A DNA stretch of 64,000 bases from an uncultured Gammaproteobacteria bacterium (GTDB lineage: Bacteria; Patescibacteriota; Patescibacteriia; JAHIZJ01): assembly GCA_964371245.1 (NCBI GenBank), contig CAYJKP010000001.1, forward strand, positions 315,042 through 379,041, given 5' to 3'. Position 1 is the stretch's first letter, and every line of letters begins with the position of its first letter. Under the pieces are notes generated by a model. It saw only the letters and a list, made by a program, of their open reading frames with translations. It ran no database searches and had not been told where the DNA came from. Below, one piece after another: positions 18,098 to 27,124 of the stretch. Position numbers and translations under genes: made by a program.

Positions 18098-19195
18098 TTA
18101 CTGCGCTCGTATCCGAAAGCCTTTCCAGGCCAAGACAAATGACGCCACGATCCAGCCGCCGAGAATAGCCAAGGCGGTCGGATAATCGAACGGCGTGCGG
18201 CCGTCGATCGAAATGCCGCGCAATATTTTTAGGAGAGAGGTTAGGGGCAGAAAGTCAACTATTTTTCCGACCGCTTTTGGCAGCATGTCGGGCGAGAAAA
18301 AGACGCCGGACAGAAACATCATCGGCGTGGTAATCGCGTTCGCCATCGCTTCGGCTGTATTTACGGTCTTCGCCTGGCCGGCCACGAAGAAGCCGATGTT
18401 CAAGAACACGATTGTTCCCACGAGCGTTGTCAGGGCCAGCCAGACATAGCTGCCGTAGACCTGGACGTGAAAGACAAACCGGCCGACCCCGATAATCAAG
18501 GCAATTTGAATCAGGGCGAGGAAAAGGTAATTACCGATTTCAGAAATCAAATAACTGCGGATATTGATCGGCGTGGCTATCAGCCGTTTTAATATTTTTC
18601 GTTCGCGATACCGGGTGATGCCGACCGCAATGCCGATAATGGAGGAAAACATGATCGCCATGCCGAGAATGCCCGGCATGATGAAGTCGAGGTATTTAAT
18701 GTTGTGGCCTTGGACGCCTTCAGATTTGACGAGAAAAAGTTTCGGCGTGCCCGTGCTCTGGAGGGTGTAGTCGTTTAAGAACTGGTTAACCACAGTGACG
18801 ATGATCTGGCTCTGTTGATTGCTGCCGTCGATGATGACGTCAAAGGAAATCGGTTCTTTTTGCTCTTTCGGATTGACCGTTCCGAATTCTTTTGGAATAA
18901 CAATGATGCCCGCCAGCTCGCTTTTTTTCATTTGCTCGCGTGCCGCATCGATTGTGCCGAAATCCTTCTGATAAAAAACATTAAGCCCCATGAGCTGGCT
19001 GATTAATTGTCGCGAGGTGTCGTTCTTCGCTTCATCAATGAACTGGACGTTAAATTTCTGCGGCGTGTCAAAACGGAACAGGCCGAAGATGATCAAAAAC
19101 AAAAGCGGGAACAGTAGCGACCAAAAAAGCGACTGTCGATCCCGGAAGGTCATTTTGATATTGGCGACGAACAGCCGCCAGGTCGGGTTATTCAC
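18098..19195 (-). CDS. ABC-2 family transporter permease
   Basis: 6-TM ABC-2 topology; 8-nt overlap with the upstream ATPase gene. Confidence 0.75.
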   Translation of the reverse strand: MNNPTWRLFVANIKMTFRDRQSLFWSLLFPLLFLIIFGLFRFDTPQKFNVQFIDEAKNDTSRQLISQLMGLNVFYQKDFGTIDAAREQMKKSELAGIIVIPKEFGTVNPKEQKEPISFDVIIDGSNQQSQIIVTVVNQFLNDYTLQSTGTPKLFLVKSEGVQGHNIKYLDFIMPGILGMAIMFSSIIGIAVGITRYRERKILKRLIATPINIRSYLISEIGNYLFLALIQIALIIGVGRFVFHVQVYGSYVWLALTTLVGTIVFLNIGFFVAGQAKTVNTAEAMANAITTPMMFLSGVFFSPDMLPKAVGKIVDFLPLTSLLKILRGISIDGRTPFDYPTALAILGGWIVASFVLAWKGFRIRAQ

Positions 19196-20117
19196 GGAGC
19201 CGGCTCCCGGTTAGATGTAAGAACACGTCCTCGAGGTTGGCGCGCGTAATCTCAATGTCGCGCAAGGGATTATTTTGCTCAAGCGCCCAACGGATCAGCG
19301 GCGGCAGGGTTTCAGAGGCATGAGTGATCTGGAGGCGATAGATGTCTTCGCCGTTTTTTTCGGATTCCTTCACGCCCGGTATTGTCAGAAATATTTTCGG
19401 ATCCACGTTTTTCTCGATCTTGAAATGCAGATGGGCGGTCGCCTGGAGCTGTTTGATCAAATTCGCGGGCGAATCAAGCGCCACGACTTTGCCATGGTCA
19501 ATGATGCCGACGCGGTCGCAGAGCTCTTCTGCCTCTTCCATATAATGCGAGGTGAGGACGACGGTCCGTCCCTGGCTATTTATTTTTCGGATGAAGTCCC
19601 ACATGTGCCGCCGCGCTTGCGGATCCAAACCGGTGGTCGGTTCGTCGAGAAAAACGACTTCCGGTTCGTTCACCAGGCTGACAGCGATTGAGAAACGCTG
19701 TTGCTGACCGCCTGAGAGTTCTTTGACGAGCGCTTTTCGTTTTTCCGACAGCTCGACGATTTCGAGCAGTTCAGCCGCGTCGGCCTGTTTCGGATAAAAA
19801 CTTCCGAAGAGCTTCAGGATTTCCATCAGATTCAAGTAATCAAAAAAAGACGAGGATTGCAGCTGGATGCCGATGCGTTGTTTCACTTTCTGTACCTCTT
19901 TCCGTGAATCAAGGCCGAGCACCGAGGTGCTGCCGCGGGTGGGGTTTTGCAGGCCTTCGATGATTTCAAGAGTGGTTGTCTTACCGGCGCCATTCGGGCC
20001 AAGTAAGCCAAAAATTTCGCCTTTCTTGATCGAAAAGGAGACGCCGTCAACGGCCGTGAGCTCACCGCCGGGTTGGGGGAATATTTTGACGAGATTGTTT
20101 ACCTCGATGACCGACAT
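19188..20117 (-). CDS. ABC transporter ATP-binding protein
   Basis: Walker A GLLGPNGAGKTTT, signature LSGGQQQR, Walker B VVFLDEPT. Confidence 0.9.
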   Translation of the reverse strand: MSVIEVNNLVKIFPQPGGELTAVDGVSFSIKKGEIFGLLGPNGAGKTTTLEIIEGLQNPTRGSTSVLGLDSRKEVQKVKQRIGIQLQSSSFFDYLNLMEILKLFGSFYPKQADAAELLEIVELSEKRKALVKELSGGQQQRFSIAVSLVNEPEVVFLDEPTTGLDPQARRHMWDFIRKINSQGRTVVLTSHYMEEAEELCDRVGIIDHGKVVALDSPANLIKQLQATAHLHFKIEKNVDPKIFLTIPGVKESEKNGEDIYRLQITHASETLPPLIRWALEQNNPLRDIEITRANLEDVFLHLTGSRLRE

Positions 20118-20126
20118 AGCCTGACC

Positions 20127-20155
20127 AGTATATCAGAGCGACCCACGTCGGTCAA
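20127..20155 (-). promoter_or_regulatory. promoter TTGACC-17-TATACT on minus strand, -10 only about 9 nt from the ABC ATG (near-leaderless)
   Basis: read on the reverse complement of 20118-20160. Confidence 0.4.
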
Positions 20156-20164
20156 ACCCTTGAT

Positions 20165-20193
20165 TTGACAGATAAAAAAGGCTATAGTACAAT
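20165..20193 (+). promoter_or_regulatory. consensus sigma70 promoter TTGACA-17-TACAAT upstream of infA
   Basis: perfect -35 with 17-nt spacer. Confidence 0.55.
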
Positions 20194-20306
20194 GCTTTTG
20201 GGTAAATAAATATTACCAGATGTCAAGATTTTGTCTCGAACAGCGGTAGAATCAAAGAAATTCTCTGTCGGGCTATCTTGACGAGAATTTTTCGTTTTCG
20301 CAATCC

Positions 20307-20558
20307 ATGGAGAAACGAAAGCCGTATACACCATCACGACCCCGCGTTAAACCGGGCTTTGTCGAAGCCAGCGGTGTCGTCGAGGAATTATTGCCCAACG
20401 CCACCTTTCGCGTTACCTTAGACAATGGTCACGCGGTCTTGGCTCATCTCTCCGGGCGCATGCGCATGAATCGCATCAAGATTCTTCCTGGCGACCGGGT
20501 GAGCCTGGAAATGACCCCGTATGATTTAACGAAAGGCAGAATAACATACCGACAATAA
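20307..20558 (+). CDS. infA: translation initiation factor IF-1
   Basis: S1-like IF-1 sequence [42 protein letters not shown]. Confidence 0.9.
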   Translation: MEKRKPYTPSRPRVKPGFVEASGVVEELLPNATFRVTLDNGHAVLAHLSGRMRMNRIKILPGDRVSLEMTPYDLTKGRITYRQ

Positions 20559-20560
20559 CC

Positions 20561-20674
20561 ATGAAAGTTCGCGCTTCGGTAAAAAAAATGTGCATGCAGT
20601 GCAAGGTCGTTCGACGGAAAAAACGGCTAGTTGTGATTTGCTCAAACCCGAAGCATAAACAGCGTCAAGGTTAA
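20561..20674 (+). CDS. rpmJ: 50S ribosomal protein L36 (37 aa; below ORF-track cutoff)
   Basis: [37 protein letters not shown] with zinc-ribbon Cys pattern; infA-rpmJ-rpsM order. Confidence 0.85.
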   Translation: MKVRASVKKMCMQCKVVRRKKRLVVICSNPKHKQRQG

Positions 20675-20691
20675 TATCATTATCACGTTTT

Positions 20692-21084
20692 ATGGCCGCA
20701 CGTATCGCCGGAGTTACCCTCCCACAGAACAAACGCATCGAATTCGGACTAACCTATGTCTATGGCGTGGGGCATTCCTCGGTGCTGAAAATATTGGCGG
20801 CGACGAAAATATCGCCCGACATCCGCACCCAGGATCTGACCACCGAACAAATAAAATCGTTGAGCGACTATATTACGAAGAATTTAATAGTTGAAGGTGA
20901 ATTGCGCCGCGTGCGAACTGGCAATGTGAAGCGATTAAAGGATATCGGAGCCTACCGGGGCACCCGGCACACCAAAGGACTGCCGGTTCGCGGCCAACGC
21001 ACCCGCACGAACACCCGGACGGTCCGCGGCAACATCCGTCATACGATGGGCTCGGGCCGCCGACCCTCAGCCGAAAAGACATAA
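20692..21084 (+). CDS. rpsM: 30S ribosomal protein S13
   Basis: [12 protein letters not shown]...LTYVYGVG S13 N-terminus. Confidence 0.9.
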   Translation: MAARIAGVTLPQNKRIEFGLTYVYGVGHSSVLKILAATKISPDIRTQDLTTEQIKSLSDYITKNLIVEGELRRVRTGNVKRLKDIGAYRGTRHTKGLPVRGQRTRTNTRTVRGNIRHTMGSGRRPSAEKT

Positions 21085-21098
21085 TCTAACGATCACCC

Positions 21099-21560
21099 AT
21101 GGCAGAACAACAACCAGCGAAAGCGGAAGAAAAAAATGAACCAGCCGTCGAGGCTGAAAAAACCGATACCAAGGCGAAGCCGGCGTATCGCAAGAAAAAA
21201 AAGACGCGAAAATTCGTTACCCGCGGGATTGCTCATATTTCCGCGACCTACAATAACACGATCGTCGCAATCAGCGATCCTGAGGGGAATGTGCTGGGCT
21301 GGTCTTCGGCCGGTCAAAACGGATTTAAGGGTCCGAAGAAAGCGACGCCGTATGCGGCCGGTATCATTGTCCGATCGCTGATGGACAAACTGCGGGACTA
21401 CGGCTTGCGCGAAGTCGACGTAAAGGTAAAGGGCGTCGGTTCTGGACGCGAGGCGGCCATCCGCGGTCTCAACGCTCAGGGTTTAAACATATTATCAATC
21501 AAAGACATAACGCCGGTACCGCATAACGGTCCTCGGCCGCGCAAGGTGCGCCGAGTTTAA
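21099..21560 (+). CDS. rpsK: 30S ribosomal protein S11 (Lys-rich N-terminal extension)
   Basis: GIAHISATYNNTIVAISDPEGNVLGWSSAG... S11 core. Confidence 0.9.
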   Translation: MAEQQPAKAEEKNEPAVEAEKTDTKAKPAYRKKKKTRKFVTRGIAHISATYNNTIVAISDPEGNVLGWSSAGQNGFKGPKKATPYAAGIIVRSLMDKLRDYGLREVDVKVKGVGSGREAAIRGLNAQGLNILSIKDITPVPHNGPRPRKVRRV

Positions 21561-21577
21561 GGCGAAGGATATTTATT

Positions 21578-22207
21578 ATGGCTAGAGGCATTGATCATAA
21601 ATGCAAGCAGTGTCGCCGAGAGGGTGAAAAACTTTTTCTGAAAGGCGAGAAATGTTTCAGCGGCAAATGCCCGATCGTGAAGCGGAATTATCCGCCGGGA
21701 CTCCACGGCGTGAAGGGGCGCTCGCGGCAATCAAATTTTGGTATGCAGCTTCGCGAAAAGCAAAAGGCGAAACGCCTCTATCGCTTGAGCGAACGGCAAT
21801 TCTTTAATTATTTCCAAAAAGCCACAAAGCAGCAGGGCGAAACAGTCGAGAATTTCTTGCGCCTGCTCGAACTGCGGCTTGATAATGTCATCTACCGGTT
21901 GGGTATCGGCGCCTCGCGCGACCAGGCTCGACAAATCGTCGGACACGGTTTTGTGTTAGTCAACGGCCGCGGGGTCAATATTCCGTCATATAAAGTGAAA
22001 ACCGGGGATGTGATTACCATCAAGGAAACGAAGCAAAAACGACCGGCCTTCCAGGAAGCGCTGAAGAAACTCGAAAAACATGAAACCCCCTCCTGGCTGA
22101 CGTTCGATAAGTCCGCCGTCAAAGCGACGGTCACGGCCGTGCCAACCATGCCTGAACTGAAACAAAATTTTCAACCCCAACTGATCATCGAGTTTTATTC
22201 CCGATAA
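21578..22207 (+). CDS. rpsD: 30S ribosomal protein S4
   Basis: MARGIDHKCKQCRREG zinc-ribbon N-terminus and S4 domain. Confidence 0.9.
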   Translation: MARGIDHKCKQCRREGEKLFLKGEKCFSGKCPIVKRNYPPGLHGVKGRSRQSNFGMQLREKQKAKRLYRLSERQFFNYFQKATKQQGETVENFLRLLELRLDNVIYRLGIGASRDQARQIVGHGFVLVNGRGVNIPSYKVKTGDVITIKETKQKRPAFQEALKKLEKHETPSWLTFDKSAVKATVTAVPTMPELKQNFQPQLIIEFYSR

Positions 22208-22228
22208 ATAATTAGATAAGCCACTCTT

Positions 22229-23029
22229 ATGGAAAAGATACCTTTACCGAAAAAATTAGGAATCACTCCGGTCGCCGACCATCAAGCAACATTCACGATT
22301 GAGCCTTGCTATCCCGGATACGGTACCACGCTCGGCAACGCCTTGCGCCGGGTGCTCCTATCTTCGTTGGAAGGCGGAGCCATCACCGCCGTCAAGATAA
22401 AAGGGGTAAATCATGAATTCTCCACGCTGCCGAATGTGAAAGAAGACGTGGTCGAAATTATTTTGAATCTCAAAGCGATTCGTTTACAAATGCACTCCGA
22501 TGAGCCTCAAACCGTGACCATCAAGGCCAAGGGTGAGAAAAAGGTCACCGGCAAGGATATCAAATGCCCGGCGGGCATTGAAGTATTTACCACTGATCAA
22601 GTCATCGCCACGTTGACGGATAAAAGCGCTGAATTTGAGGTTGAGCTCCGGGTTGAAAAAGGTCGCGGCTATATTCCCGTTGAAAGTCGCGAAAAAGAAA
22701 AGAATGAAATCGGCATGATCGCCATCGATGCGGTCTACACGCCGATCCGGAACGTCAACTTTGAAGTGGATAGTGTTCGGGTCGGTCAGATGACAAATTT
22801 TGATAAGCTCGTCCTTGATATTACCACCGACGGCACGATTTCACCGGTGGAAGCCTTTACGCAAGCAACCCAAATTCTCGAAGATCATTTCGAATTCATC
22901 CTTGGCGCGTCCAAAGAAGAGCAGGCCACCGAGGAACCGGCGGAGAAAGAGAAAGAGAAGGAAGAAAAAGCTGCCGAGCCAAAGAAGAAACGCGGACGTC
23001 CGAAAAAAACTGAAACGAAAGAGGAATAA
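22229..23029 (+). CDS. rpoA: DNA-directed RNA polymerase alpha subunit N-terminal domain only, with C-terminal acidic/Lys tail and AT-hook (KKRGRPKK); no alpha-CTD
   Basis: alpha NTD conserved blocks; protein ends at 266 aa after KEEQATEEPAEKEKEKEEKAAEPKKKRGRPKKTETKEE; rpsD-rpoA-rplQ context. Confidence 0.85.
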   Translation: MEKIPLPKKLGITPVADHQATFTIEPCYPGYGTTLGNALRRVLLSSLEGGAITAVKIKGVNHEFSTLPNVKEDVVEIILNLKAIRLQMHSDEPQTVTIKAKGEKKVTGKDIKCPAGIEVFTTDQVIATLTDKSAEFEVELRVEKGRGYIPVESREKEKNEIGMIAIDAVYTPIRNVNFEVDSVRVGQMTNFDKLVLDITTDGTISPVEAFTQATQILEDHFEFILGASKEEQATEEPAEKEKEKEEKAAEPKKKRGRPKKTETKEE

Positions 23030-23044
23030 TCACGTTTATCTGTT

Positions 23045-23509
23045 ATGCGCCATCGAAGTAAGAAAAAAACACTCGATCGTCCCACGTCGCAACGCCGTTT
23101 GCTCAGACGCAATTTAGCGGTGAGCCTGATCATGTCAGAGCATGTCCAGACCACAGTGGCCAAGGCGAAATGGCTGCGTCCGTTTGTCGAGCGGCTCGTC
23201 ACCCTGTCGCGGAAGCAAACCCTGGCCGCACGACGTCACGCCCTGGATTTGCTGACCGATCGGGCGGCGGTGAATACACTCATCCATGAGCTTGCCCCGC
23301 GCTATGCGAAGCGCCCCGGCGGCTATACGCGCATCGTGAAAACAGGCCGGCGCTCTGGCGATGGCGCTCAGATGGCAGTGATCGAATTTGTTGATCGTCC
23401 GGCCGCGCCAACGAAGAAGGGGAAGGGCAAAGACAAGGAAGAAAAATCGAAAGAAGCGACCGGTGATAAGAAAGAACATAAAGGGAAAGAGCATGCGGAG
23501 AAAAAATAA
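23045..23509 (+). CDS. rplQ: 50S ribosomal protein L17 (Lys-rich C-terminal extension)
   Basis: MRHRSKKKTLDRPTSQRRLLRRNL... L17 N-terminus. Confidence 0.9.
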   Translation: MRHRSKKKTLDRPTSQRRLLRRNLAVSLIMSEHVQTTVAKAKWLRPFVERLVTLSRKQTLAARRHALDLLTDRAAVNTLIHELAPRYAKRPGGYTRIVKTGRRSGDGAQMAVIEFVDRPAAPTKKGKGKDKEEKSKEATGDKKEHKGKEHAEKK

Positions 23510-23867
23510 GCATACCTTTAAAACACTCGAAACGCATACGCTTGACGCCACCGGACAATCGTTCGGTCGTTTAGCGACTCAAATCGCCCGGCTGTTGCAA
23601 GGTAAGCATCGCCCCGAGTATTCCCCGGAAGCCGACCCGATCATCATCGTGAACGTAACGCACGCCGAGGCGATGAAGATAACCGGGAAAAAACCGGAAC
23701 AAAAGATTTATTACCGCCACACCGGCTATCCGGGACACCTGAAAGGCGTTTCACTAGCCCATTTTCTAAAAGCCAAACCCAGCGTCATTATTTATAAAGC
23801 GGTTGAAAATATGCTTCCGAAAAACAGGCTCCGCAGCCGACGACTCAATCGATTAAAATTTATTTAA
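23493..23867 (+). CDS. rplM: 50S ribosomal protein L13
   Basis: KTLETHTLDATGQSFGRLATQIARLLQGKHRPEYSPE... L13; inner start at 23493, overlapping the rplQ end. Confidence 0.85.
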   Translation: MRRKNKHTFKTLETHTLDATGQSFGRLATQIARLLQGKHRPEYSPEADPIIIVNVTHAEAMKITGKKPEQKIYYRHTGYPGHLKGVSLAHFLKAKPSVIIYKAVENMLPKNRLRSRRLNRLKFI

Positions 23868-23870
23868 CGT

Positions 23871-24407
23871 ATGCCACGTACTGCCAAAACCCCCAGCGAT
23901 AAGACAGCAAAGGACGAAAAGCCGAAGAAACGCGGCCGTCCTCGGAAAACGGTGATCAAGAAAGAAGTGCCGGCCGTCCAGCAGCCGCCAGTCGTTGAAA
24001 AACCAAAGGTGAAGCGCTTTACCTACCTCTTCGCCGTCGGACGACGGAAAGAGGCAGTCGCCCGAGTCCGGTATTATCGCAAGGGTGAAGGCAAGTTTAC
24101 AGTGAATGCCAAGCCAGTCGAACAGTATTTTTCGACCTTAGAAACCCAGAATATTGTCAAAATGCCGATTCAGGCTGTCAGTGCCACGCTCGATGGGGAC
24201 GTCTCGATCAAGGTCCAGGGCGGCGGCAAGCGGGGACAAGCTGATGCGAGTCGACTGGGCATTGCTCGAATATTGATTTTGCTTGATAAGAAGAACCGGC
24301 CGACCCTGAAACGGCTGGGCTATTTGACGCGCGACCCACGGGTGAAAGAACGGAAGAAATATGGCTTGAAACGAGCCCGGCGCGCACCGCAGTGGCAGAA
24401 GCGCTAA
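23871..24407 (+). CDS. rpsI: 30S ribosomal protein S9 with Lys-rich N-terminal extension containing an AT-hook-like KKRGRPRK
   Basis: S9 C-terminus LGYLTRDPRVKERKKYGLKRARRAPQWQKR. Confidence 0.9.
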   Translation: MPRTAKTPSDKTAKDEKPKKRGRPRKTVIKKEVPAVQQPPVVEKPKVKRFTYLFAVGRRKEAVARVRYYRKGEGKFTVNAKPVEQYFSTLETQNIVKMPIQAVSATLDGDVSIKVQGGGKRGQADASRLGIARILILLDKKNRPTLKRLGYLTRDPRVKERKKYGLKRARRAPQWQKR

Positions 24408-24410
24408 GAT

Positions 24411-24501
24411 AATTCAAAATTCAAAATTCAGAAGTAAAAATGATGGTACGCCGCCGCTTGTGCGGCGGGAAACATTCATTATACATTTTGCATTTTGAAT
24501 T
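24411..24501 (+). repeat. AATTCAAAATT-arm hairpin element, copy C (arms AATTCAAAATTCAAAATTCAGAA / CATTTTGCATTTTGAATT; core CCGCCGC-ttgt-GCGGCGG)
   Basis: between rpsI stop and flippase start; same architecture as copies A, B and D. Confidence 0.65.
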
Positions 24502-25982
24502 ATTACTTTACGATGACGCCAAGCTATCACCCAGATCGAATAGCCCGGAATACCTCGTACCTGACGATTGCCCTGACCGCCCAAAAGGTACTCTCCTTCG
24601 TATATTTTATTTACATTTCGCGGTCGATCGGTAGTGAAGAAATCGGCCGCTATCTCTTTGCGCTGTCGTTAACGACCATTGTCGGCGTTTTTATTGACAT
24701 TGGATTAAATCCGGTACTGACGCGTGAAATTGCGAAGGATCCGCAAAAAACCCACCTCTATTTAAATACCACTTTTTCACTGAAACTTCTTCTGGCTGTG
24801 CTCGCGTACGGCGCCGTTTTTTTGTTTATCAATCTGCCATTTTTAGGCTATCCGGCTGAGACGAAACACCTAGTCTATCTCTCAGGCCTTGTCATGATAT
24901 TTGATACCTTTGTTTTGAGCTTTTATTCAATCTTTCGCGGCTATCAAGTTCTGAAATACGAGTCGCTGGGCGTCATTCTCAATAAAATCGTGGTGATGGG
25001 CTTGGGTGTTTTATTTATTTTGATGCACAAGGGTACACTCTTTTTGGTGCTGGCAATTCTTTTCGGGAGCATGTTTAACATTGTGTACACCGCGACTTTA
25101 TTGATTCGCAAGGTGCAGTGGCGCCCGCGATTTTACCTTGATAAAAATGTTTTGAAAGCGCTGCTGCGGATTGCGCTACCGTTCGCCGTGGCCAGCATAT
25201 TTACAGTCATTTACGGTTCGATTGATTCAGTCCTGCTCAACATGCTCAGCGGTGCCCGCGGCAACAGTTTTGTTGGCTGGTATGGCACTGCCTATAAACT
25301 CACATACTCATTTCAGTTCATTCCAATCGCGGTTGGGGCGGCTGTCTTTCCGGCGATGAGTTCGTATTTTATTTCGTCAAAGGCCTTATTGGCGCGGACC
25401 TTTGAACGGGCATCGTATTATCTGCTCGTGATCGTCATGCCGATCGTGTTCGGCGTTTTCGCGGTTGCCGAAAAACTCATTCTCCGGCTCTGGGGCAATG
25501 CCTTCGGTACCTCAATCCATCCGTTACAAATCTTGATTTTTAGCTTGATCTTCGTTTTTCTCACCTTTCCGATCGGGGCATTGTTAAACGCCAGTAACCG
25601 CCAAACGCGCAATACGATCAATATCGGCATTGCCATGGTCGTTAATATTATTTTAAATTTAATCCTGATACCGAAATATACGTTTATCGGCACGAGTATT
25701 TCCTCGCTGGTCTCGACCTTCATTCTTTTTGCCCTCGGTTTGTCGGTCGTCCGTCAAACTATCACCGTGAACTGGCGGTATCTCGTCACCATTGTGTTCA
25801 AAACGCTGGTCTCAGCCCTGATTATGGTTGGCATTCTATTGGCCTTGAAGGAAAGAGTATCGTTTATCATATTAATTCCGCTGGGCGTCGTGATATATTT
25901 TCTGGCACTTTTCCTGTTTCGGGGCTTTGGCCAAAACGAGTATAAACGGATTTTTCACGTCGTCCTGCGGCGACTTTCATGA
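24495..25982 (+). CDS. MOP-superfamily flippase (polysaccharide biosynthesis protein, Wzx/MurJ-like)
   Basis: about 14 TM helices; operon with two glycosyltransferases. Confidence 0.6.
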   Translation: MNYYFTMTPSYHPDRIARNTSYLTIALTAQKVLSFVYFIYISRSIGSEEIGRYLFALSLTTIVGVFIDIGLNPVLTREIAKDPQKTHLYLNTTFSLKLLLAVLAYGAVFLFINLPFLGYPAETKHLVYLSGLVMIFDTFVLSFYSIFRGYQVLKYESLGVILNKIVVMGLGVLFILMHKGTLFLVLAILFGSMFNIVYTATLLIRKVQWRPRFYLDKNVLKALLRIALPFAVASIFTVIYGSIDSVLLNMLSGARGNSFVGWYGTAYKLTYSFQFIPIAVGAAVFPAMSSYFISSKALLARTFERASYYLLVIVMPIVFGVFAVAEKLILRLWGNAFGTSIHPLQILIFSLIFVFLTFPIGALLNASNRQTRNTINIGIAMVVNIILNLILIPKYTFIGTSISSLVSTFILFALGLSVVRQTITVNWRYLVTIVFKTLVSALIMVGILLALKERVSFIILIPLGVVIYFLALFLFRGFGQNEYKRIFHVVLRRLS

Positions 25983-27124
25983 AGCGCTCTCTTTTTATTA
26001 CACTCGATTATTCGCCGCGCGTGGGCGGGGTAGCGAGGGTATATACGAACCTTATCCGCCGATTGCCGTCCGAACGCGTCCTGGTCCTGGCTCCGCCGGA
26101 AAAGCAAGCCCATCTTTTTGATAGCCGCGAACCATATCGTATCATCCGGCGAAATTTTTATACCCGTCTGCCTTTGCTGTGGCCGAAATGGCTACCCTTG
26201 CTGGTAACCCTTTTTCGGTTGGTCCGGCGCGAGCACATCGAATGCATCCATGTTGGCCAGGTTCTGCCGATCGGCACGGCCGTATTTATGCTTCAAAAAT
26301 TTATCCACCTTCCCTATATTGTGTATTCGCATGGCTTGGATGTTACCTCGCCACAGGCCTGGCCGCGCAAGAAACGACTGATCCAGAAGATACTCAATCG
26401 CGCCGTCGCGATTGTCGCCAACAGTGAGTTTACAAAACGGGAGATTATTCGACTCGGCGTACCAGCTGACAAGATTCTGGTTTTGACGCCCGCCTGCAGC
26501 TTGCTCGGTACGGCGGCTGGTCAGGGCTTGATCGAAACAGTGCGCCGGCGTCATAATCTAGACGGACGAGAGGTGCTTCTGACCGTCGGACGGCTCGAAG
26601 AACGAAAAGGCCAAGACAGCGTTATCCGAGCGCTGGGTGAATTGCTTCGTCGCCACCCGCAACTGGTCTATGTGATCGTCGGCACTGGGCCGGACGGGCA
26701 ACGGCTGCGCCAGTTGGCTGAAGAATATCAGGTGGCCGAGCGGGTGATTTTTGCCGGCCGGATACCGGACGAAGAACTGCCGGCCTACTATCAAAATTGC
26801 GATGTTTTTTGCATGCCGGCACGCGAACTCTCAAATCGGGATGTCGAAGGATTTGGTATAGTGTATTTAGAAGCAAACGCCTATGGCAAACCGGTTATCG
26901 GCGGAAAGAGCGGCGGCGTTGCCGAAGCCATAGTACATGGTCAAACCGGGCTCCTCGTCTCGTCCGGTGATCAGTCAGAGCTGGTTCAGGCAATTGACCG
27001 ACTGCTGACTGACCATGCGTTCGCCGCTCGGCTCGGGCAGACCGGCCGAACGCGAGTTGAAAAAGAGTTTAACTGGGAGACGCGCGCCCGCGCCTTGCGA
27101 CAATTGATTGAACGACTGTCATGA
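25979..27124 (+). CDS. glycosyltransferase family 4 (GT-B, group 1)
   Basis: EGFGIVYLEANAYGKPVIGG...GQTGLLV E(x7)E motif region; ATGA overlap. Confidence 0.8.
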   Translation: MKRSLFITLDYSPRVGGVARVYTNLIRRLPSERVLVLAPPEKQAHLFDSREPYRIIRRNFYTRLPLLWPKWLPLLVTLFRLVRREHIECIHVGQVLPIGTAVFMLQKFIHLPYIVYSHGLDVTSPQAWPRKKRLIQKILNRAVAIVANSEFTKREIIRLGVPADKILVLTPACSLLGTAAGQGLIETVRRRHNLDGREVLLTVGRLEERKGQDSVIRALGELLRRHPQLVYVIVGTGPDGQRLRQLAEEYQVAERVIFAGRIPDEELPAYYQNCDVFCMPARELSNRDVEGFGIVYLEANAYGKPVIGGKSGGVAEAIVHGQTGLLVSSGDQSELVQAIDRLLTDHAFAARLGQTGRTRVEKEFNWETRARALRQLIERLS

